Shown piece by piece: positions 59,437 to 64,000 of a stretch of 64,000 bases of DNA. The notes below the pieces were generated by a model that saw nothing but the letters and a program-made list of their open reading frames with translations, had not been told where the DNA came from and did not search any database. The stretch is from assembly GCA_963719505.1 (NCBI GenBank), contig CAVRCF010000002.1:320001-384000 (forward strand), given 5' to 3'. The stretch's first letter is position 1; each line of letters starts with the position of its first letter. The stretch comes from Halobacteriovoraceae bacterium. GTDB taxonomy: Bacteria; Bdellovibrionota; Bacteriovoracia; Bacteriovoracales; Bacteriovoracaceae. The position numbers were made by a program, and so were the translations under genes.

Positions 59437-60594
59437 CTATATCCCTCTATTATTGAGAAGAATACTTGTTTCAACTCCATATTCAGGAAAAAATTCCCAG
59501 AAAAGGGCCGGAAGACCTTCTCTTATATTCGTATCGACACTGAGACCTTTTCTCATTTCAAAAAGACGTTTTTGGACAAAGGTATCTCCTTCATACTTAG
59601 AGATATATCTTTCTACATCGTGAAGAACGGAAAGAACAAAGTCTGTACCGACTCCCAGTTTTGTATCGAGGTTGAGATCAAAGGCGATCTTATTGATTGC
59701 CGATCGTGACTTGGCAAGCTTTCCATAGTCTCCAAGTTCATGTGCAAGCTGATCGATACCACTTACTTTGGTCGCAAAGTAGTCGGCAAAGCCCTCAAGG
59801 ATTGAACTATTAACCTCAGGTGCTACTGAATCGCTCATCGCATAGTGTGAGTATTCGTGGTACATGACTTCAGGTACAAATGAGGCATCGAAGTAGAACT
59901 CTTTGCCAAGGAAAAGGCTTGCGAGCTCTGGAACAGCAACCCTAATAAAGGAATCAATCAGAAAGTTTGTTAAAAGAGTTTTCCCTGAAGTCTCTAAAGA
60001 TCCAGAGATATCACTTGAAACGGAAGCATTCAAAGCTGTGAAAATGAGAACATCAGTGTCTATATTTGATCTTCTTGGCAATGAGTCTCTAAGCATTTTC
60101 TTATATTTTTTTCTAAATTCTTTGGTAATTGCTATCTTTTTAACAGGTCTAAACCAAATTTCATTTCCCCATGGTTCAATCCCAAACATAGCATCCCCTG
60201 TACCTGCTGCAATAGTTGTAGCATTATTAAAGACAGGAGAGACCTGAGGGTTTTGGAAGTGAAATCTTTTATGATAAGCATTTTGGATATCAACTCTGAT
60301 AATAAGTTGTTCCGTTTGAGGTTTTCCCAAAGTTTCAAAGTACTTTCTGGCAATATCAAGATGATATAAAATCGTCGCTGACTTTCGAAGAAGCTTTTCA
60401 TCAGTTGTCTTTATCACCTCGTCAGTTGTTCCTTTAACGAGTTTAAAAAACGGAGTCTCAAAATAAAGATCTTCTTTAAGATTTTCTAATGTTACTTTCC
60501 TTGGGATAAGTTTATCTTTTTCTCCTCGAACAATAACCTGAGTTTCGAAGGAGAAGGCTGAAAATGAGAGGATGATTAAAAAAATTATTCTCAT
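59437..60594 (-). CDS. Secreted gluzincin metalloprotease (M4/M36-like)
   Basis: Signal peptide; YHEYSH…LEGFADYF. Confidence 0.7.
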   Translation of the reverse strand: MRIIFLIILSFSAFSFETQVIVRGEKDKLIPRKVTLENLKEDLYFETPFFKLVKGTTDEVIKTTDEKLLRKSATILYHLDIARKYFETLGKPQTEQLIIRVDIQNAYHKRFHFQNPQVSPVFNNATTIAAGTGDAMFGIEPWGNEIWFRPVKKIAITKEFRKKYKKMLRDSLPRRSNIDTDVLIFTALNASVSSDISGSLETSGKTLLTNFLIDSFIRVAVPELASLFLGKEFYFDASFVPEVMYHEYSHYAMSDSVAPEVNSSILEGFADYFATKVSGIDQLAHELGDYGKLAKSRSAINKIAFDLNLDTKLGVGTDFVLSVLHDVERYISKYEGDTFVQKRLFEMRKGLSVDTNIREGLPALFWEFFPEYGVETSILLNNRGI

Positions 60595-61814
60595 AACTTC
60601 TGCTCACAGTTTCCATAGAAAAGATCATGCTCAAATGAGGGATCTTTTACTTCTTTTTTATTAATTTTCCCATCGAGAATAGAAATTCCAATCGAGTAAC
60701 CTATACCGACAACGGGACCAGCAACAGCTGCAACAAGAAAATCGAGTCTTTGAAGAAATGAGACAGACTTTTGCCAAAAGTTTTTCTTAACTGTTTTTTT
60801 CTCTAAGAGGCTTAATCCATTGAGCTCTTTTTCATCGACCTGGTTTGTTTGATAACCTAAAGTCATGAGGTCTCTATAGTCAAAGTTTGCACCTCTAAAG
60901 TAGTCTTTTTGTAACAGGAGGTTCTTCTCTTTTTTGTATAATTTTAGCGCGAGTCTTATCTGCTCTGTATGGGTGAGTTGAATCCTCTCATTAACAATAC
61001 CTTCTTTTGCAGAAAAGATGAGTTCAGACTTATGAGAGTTAAAACGCATGGTCATTTTATTGAGGAGATTGTTCATCTCTTTGATTTGAATGAGTGAGAA
61101 GTTATTAAAAAGTTTATACCTTCTGCTTTTTTGACCTTTGTCTCTTTGTGCGAGATGAAAGCTTGTCACAGTGTCGTTCATTTCTAATTGATTCTCTAAA
61201 AGCCAAGCCCTTTTTTCCTGATAGTCTTTAACCTTTAAAAGAGACGACTCATTATCCGAGATGATTCTAACAGTCTCTATGAGATGGTATTCATTTTGAG
61301 AAATAAATCCCGATTCATAAGCGAACTGATTAAGCCTTTGATAGATATTTTCATCATCACCTTGGAGGACAATCTTCTCTTTAAACTCGACCCACTTATC
61401 AGACAGACAGCCATTAGAAAATATCGCTCTATAGTTTCTCTTTAATACATCTGTTCTTTGTATGGATAGTTTTGTCTCTCCTGCAAGCGCAGATCTCTTG
61501 AAGGCCTGTGCATAGGAATAGAAAATATCGGCTTCTACTTCGTCAATAAAACCTAATTTATGAGCTTTAATAACGGCAAAGGGGATGCTTTTTTTGTTGA
61601 GAGAGGAAAGGCTTGAGATGACATCAATCTCACAAGACTTCATGCCATGAGAGAAACTAGCTTTTAGACTCTCTGTTGAATAAATGTTTTCAACTTTGGT
61701 AAACTCTTTTTCTAGCTTTCGTTGTCGGAATTGTGTCTCCAACCAAACGGTTGGGGTATTGGCGAAAACACCAAAGCTCATGATTGAAAGAATTATAAAA
61801 CAGCTAAATTTCAT
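60591..61814 (-). CDS. Secreted hypothetical protein with a C-terminal hydrophobic Gly/Ala-rich segment
   Basis: Signal peptide; 'FLVAAVAGPVVGIGYSIGISIL'; ATGA overlap with the protease gene. Confidence 0.7.
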   Translation of the reverse strand: MKFSCFIILSIMSFGVFANTPTVWLETQFRQRKLEKEFTKVENIYSTESLKASFSHGMKSCEIDVISSLSSLNKKSIPFAVIKAHKLGFIDEVEADIFYSYAQAFKRSALAGETKLSIQRTDVLKRNYRAIFSNGCLSDKWVEFKEKIVLQGDDENIYQRLNQFAYESGFISQNEYHLIETVRIISDNESSLLKVKDYQEKRAWLLENQLEMNDTVTSFHLAQRDKGQKSRRYKLFNNFSLIQIKEMNNLLNKMTMRFNSHKSELIFSAKEGIVNERIQLTHTEQIRLALKLYKKEKNLLLQKDYFRGANFDYRDLMTLGYQTNQVDEKELNGLSLLEKKTVKKNFWQKSVSFLQRLDFLVAAVAGPVVGIGYSIGISILDGKINKKEVKDPSFEHDLFYGNCEQKL

Positions 61815-61874
61815 AAGACTATTCTATCTTTTAGGCGGAGAATTTACTCTTTCGTTGAAGAAGTTTCAATGGGG

Positions 61875-63185
61875 TGTATAAAGATTCGACAATTATGTCC
61901 TATCCTTATTTCCCAGCGAAAATGTCCTACTTAACGCATTAATATTACAATACTCAGGTAATCAAACCTGAGGTGTTAAATGGGAAAAATAAGCATGGAT
62001 GCTAAACAAATGAAGCTTTATAGACTCGCCTGTGAAGTCTTAGCCGGAAAAATTTCTATTAAAGAATTTTCCATCATATCTAAAAAGTCATATCGCCAGT
62101 CTCAACGTATTATTAAGAATGTTGAGACTCATGACTTCATAGGAGTCATACATAAAAATTCTGGTGTTGCTCCAGTAAATAAAACTTCTGAAAGACTAGA
62201 AGCTTTGATCGTAGATCTTCTAACTTATAAGTATGTTGGATTTAATCTCACTCACTTTAACGAAATGTTAATTAAAAATGAAAACATTAAAATTTCAAAG
62301 TCTTCACTTCATCGAATTGCAACTAAACACAATCTTGTAAAAGCTCCAAGAAGAGCGAAGAGAAGATCTTTCAAGCCTAGAGCCAGAGTCCCTCAAGAAG
62401 GTATGCTCGTGCAGTTCGATGGAAGCCATCACCCTTGGTTTGGTAATCACAAATCGGACTTAATTGCAGCAATCGACGATGCAACCGGAAAGATTTTAGC
62501 AGCAGAGTTTTTTTACGGAGAGAAGTCGATGCATTCGATGAAAGTTATCAAGGAAGTAATTGATAAAAATGGAATTCCAGAAGCCTTCTACATGGATCAA
62601 GCAGGGATTTATGGAAAGGTAGATCGAGACTGGGAATCTCAGATCTCAAGAGCCTTTGATCAGGTTAATATTAACTTAATTCTTGCAAGCTCTCCACAAG
62701 CTAAAGGACGAGTAGAGCGTCTCTTTAGGACTCTACAAGATCGACTGGTAGCGGAGCTTTCGTTTTATAAAATAGAAACTTTGGAAGAGGCAAATGACTA
62801 TTTGAGAACAACTTTTATAGAAGCTTTTAATAAGCAGTTCTCGGTAGAGTCGCAAAGCTTCGATACAGCTTACAGGAAAAATGTTTTTGGAAATTTAGAC
62901 AGAGTTTTTTGTAAAAAAGAGAGAAGAAAAATTGGAGTTGGAAACGTATTTTCTTTCGAAGCAATTACTTGGTTGATAGACGAAAAGTTTTGCTATCGAG
63001 GTCGCGAAGTGAATATAAATACCCATCTTGATGGCAGTCAGAGCTTTGATATTATGGGTAAAGAAATATATCCAATAGTGTTCAACACAAAGAGGATTTA
63101 TGACTATAAAAAGCGAGCAATATGACACACAAGGTAGGACATAATCGCTGGGATATTAACCGGACATAGTCGCTGGGATTCAACA
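61875..63185 (+). mobile_element. Complete IS1202-family (ISNCY) insertion sequence, ~1.31 kb
   Basis: Subterminal repeats TCCCAGCGAnnATGTCC occur inverted at both ends and the right end is …CAACA. Flanked by the direct repeat GAAGTTTCAATGGGG(TG) at 61860 and 63186. Confidence 0.88.
61980..63125 (+). CDS. ISNCY/IS1202-family DDE transposase
   Basis: N-terminal HTH; VQFDGSHHPWF, AIDDATG, YMD and SPQAKGRVERLFRTLQDRL motifs. Confidence 0.92.
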   Translation: MGKISMDAKQMKLYRLACEVLAGKISIKEFSIISKKSYRQSQRIIKNVETHDFIGVIHKNSGVAPVNKTSERLEALIVDLLTYKYVGFNLTHFNEMLIKNENIKISKSSLHRIATKHNLVKAPRRAKRRSFKPRARVPQEGMLVQFDGSHHPWFGNHKSDLIAAIDDATGKILAAEFFYGEKSMHSMKVIKEVIDKNGIPEAFYMDQAGIYGKVDRDWESQISRAFDQVNINLILASSPQAKGRVERLFRTLQDRLVAELSFYKIETLEEANDYLRTTFIEAFNKQFSVESQSFDTAYRKNVFGNLDRVFCKKERRKIGVGNVFSFEAITWLIDEKFCYRGREVNINTHLDGSQSFDIMGKEIYPIVFNTKRIYDYKKRAI

Positions 63186-63219
63186 GAAGTTTCAATGGGG
63201 TGTCTATTTTTTAGACACT

Positions 63220-64000
63220 TTACTTTTCACTGGGCTCGTAGCGATTTTCAACACTTGGCCTCACCCTTAGGCTTGCTAGAAAGGGGACTTGAAAAGTTAG
63301 GCTCAGTCTGTCTCGATGATCTATTTGTTTTAGGGCCAGATCCCAGGGTGATGTAAAATCAATGGCTCTAGATGTTTTAATTCCCTTTCTAAAATGAAGT
63401 TCAAAGCTACTCTCTAGTTCTAAGCTGGCCAAGAAGATATCAAATTCGGTCCCAACTGATAGACCAAATCGAACCTCATTGAGCTTAAATAAACCCCTGT
63501 TTTGTTCTGCACGGTCTGCTGTTTTAAGAATGCTTAAAAATGGGATCGTTAACGAACTCATATTGAGTTTTTTAAGAATATCAGCTTTACGTGTCTTCGT
63601 ATATTCTACTAAAAAACCCGAGCCTGCAGATAAGGAGGCAAATTTGATATCTCCGCTGATATTTAGATCAAAAGAGGCTCTTAGACGATAGAGGTTATAG
63701 CCGGTTTCCCTTTTAATTTCATTTTCATCGACTTTGGAAATCTTTTTAAATAGTTTATCTACAAGCTCACTTTGTCTCGAGGATTCCTTCTCCTTTGAAG
63801 GTGTAATTTTAAATCTAAACCTAATTCTTTTGTCGTAGCCCACTTTTAAAAAATCTAATATTCCAAGATCAAAAGAGAAATAATAGTTTCTCCAAAAGCT
63901 ATTTATCTGCCACCCATTGGGCGGGGTGATGGAGCTCATTGTTTTAGCAAAAGTACTTATTTTTTTGGCATCTTTGTGGAGAGTTTTTAAAATTTTTCTT
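63220..64000 (-). CDS. Hypothetical protein with repeated beta-hairpin units (5' end beyond window)
   Basis: The frame stays open from 63939 to the window end. Confidence 0.65.
   Translation of the reverse strand, partial: RKILKTLHKDAKKISTFAKTMSSITPPNGWQINSFWRNYYFSFDLGILDFLKVGYDKRIRFRFKITPSKEKESSRQSELVDKLFKKISKVDENEIKRETGYNLYRLRASFDLNISGDIKFASLSAGSGFLVEYTKTRKADILKKLNMSSLTIPFLSILKTADRAEQNRGLFKLNEVRFGLSVGTEFDIFLASLELESSFELHFRKGIKTSRAIDFTSPWDLALKQIDHRDRLSLTFQVPFLASLRVRPSVENRYEPSEK

Noticed and set aside
1-64000. CRISPR array, tRNA/rRNA, retron/DGR or prophage
   Set aside because: No regularly spaced repeats, cloverleaf or rRNA-like tracts, reverse transcriptase motifs or phage genes were found by eye.

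Overview
AT-rich (roughly 35-40% GC by eye), gene-dense bacterial chromosome segment. The many short secreted hypothetical proteins and sigma28-type promoters suggest a Bdellovibrionota (Bacteriovoracaceae/Halobacteriovoraceae-like) predator, but that is inference. Contents in order: a Czc-type heavy-metal efflux operon, rlmF, a KirBac K+ channel, mltF, MarR-RND-TolC, an OhrR-Gpx-CurA oxidative-stress unit, a synthase-dependent exopolysaccharide locus (GT2, PgaD-like partner, REC protein, GH113, CE4 deacetylase, export barrel), a circularly permuted ATP-grasp ligase with an M14 deacylase, a metal-uptake operon headed by a CxxC/RGPP (CruR/DUF2946-like) leader peptide, a DEAD-box helicase fused to Jag/EloR (KhpB) domains, radD, a giant CheB-CheR-PAS-GAF-HK-REC protein, an M23 peptidase, DsbB/DsbA, a cluster of secreted proteins with a gluzincin, and a complete IS1202-family (ISNCY) element with a 15-17 bp target duplication. 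No rRNA, tRNA, CRISPR array or reverse transcriptase was seen. Three in-frame TAA stops and three single-base frameshifts probably reflect assembly errors. The most notable items are the helicase-Jag fusion (with a probable AUC start), the EPS locus, the metal-sensing arrest peptide, the permuted ATP-grasp/M14 pair and the high frequency of apparently leaderless genes. All family calls come from motif recognition by eye, not database searches.
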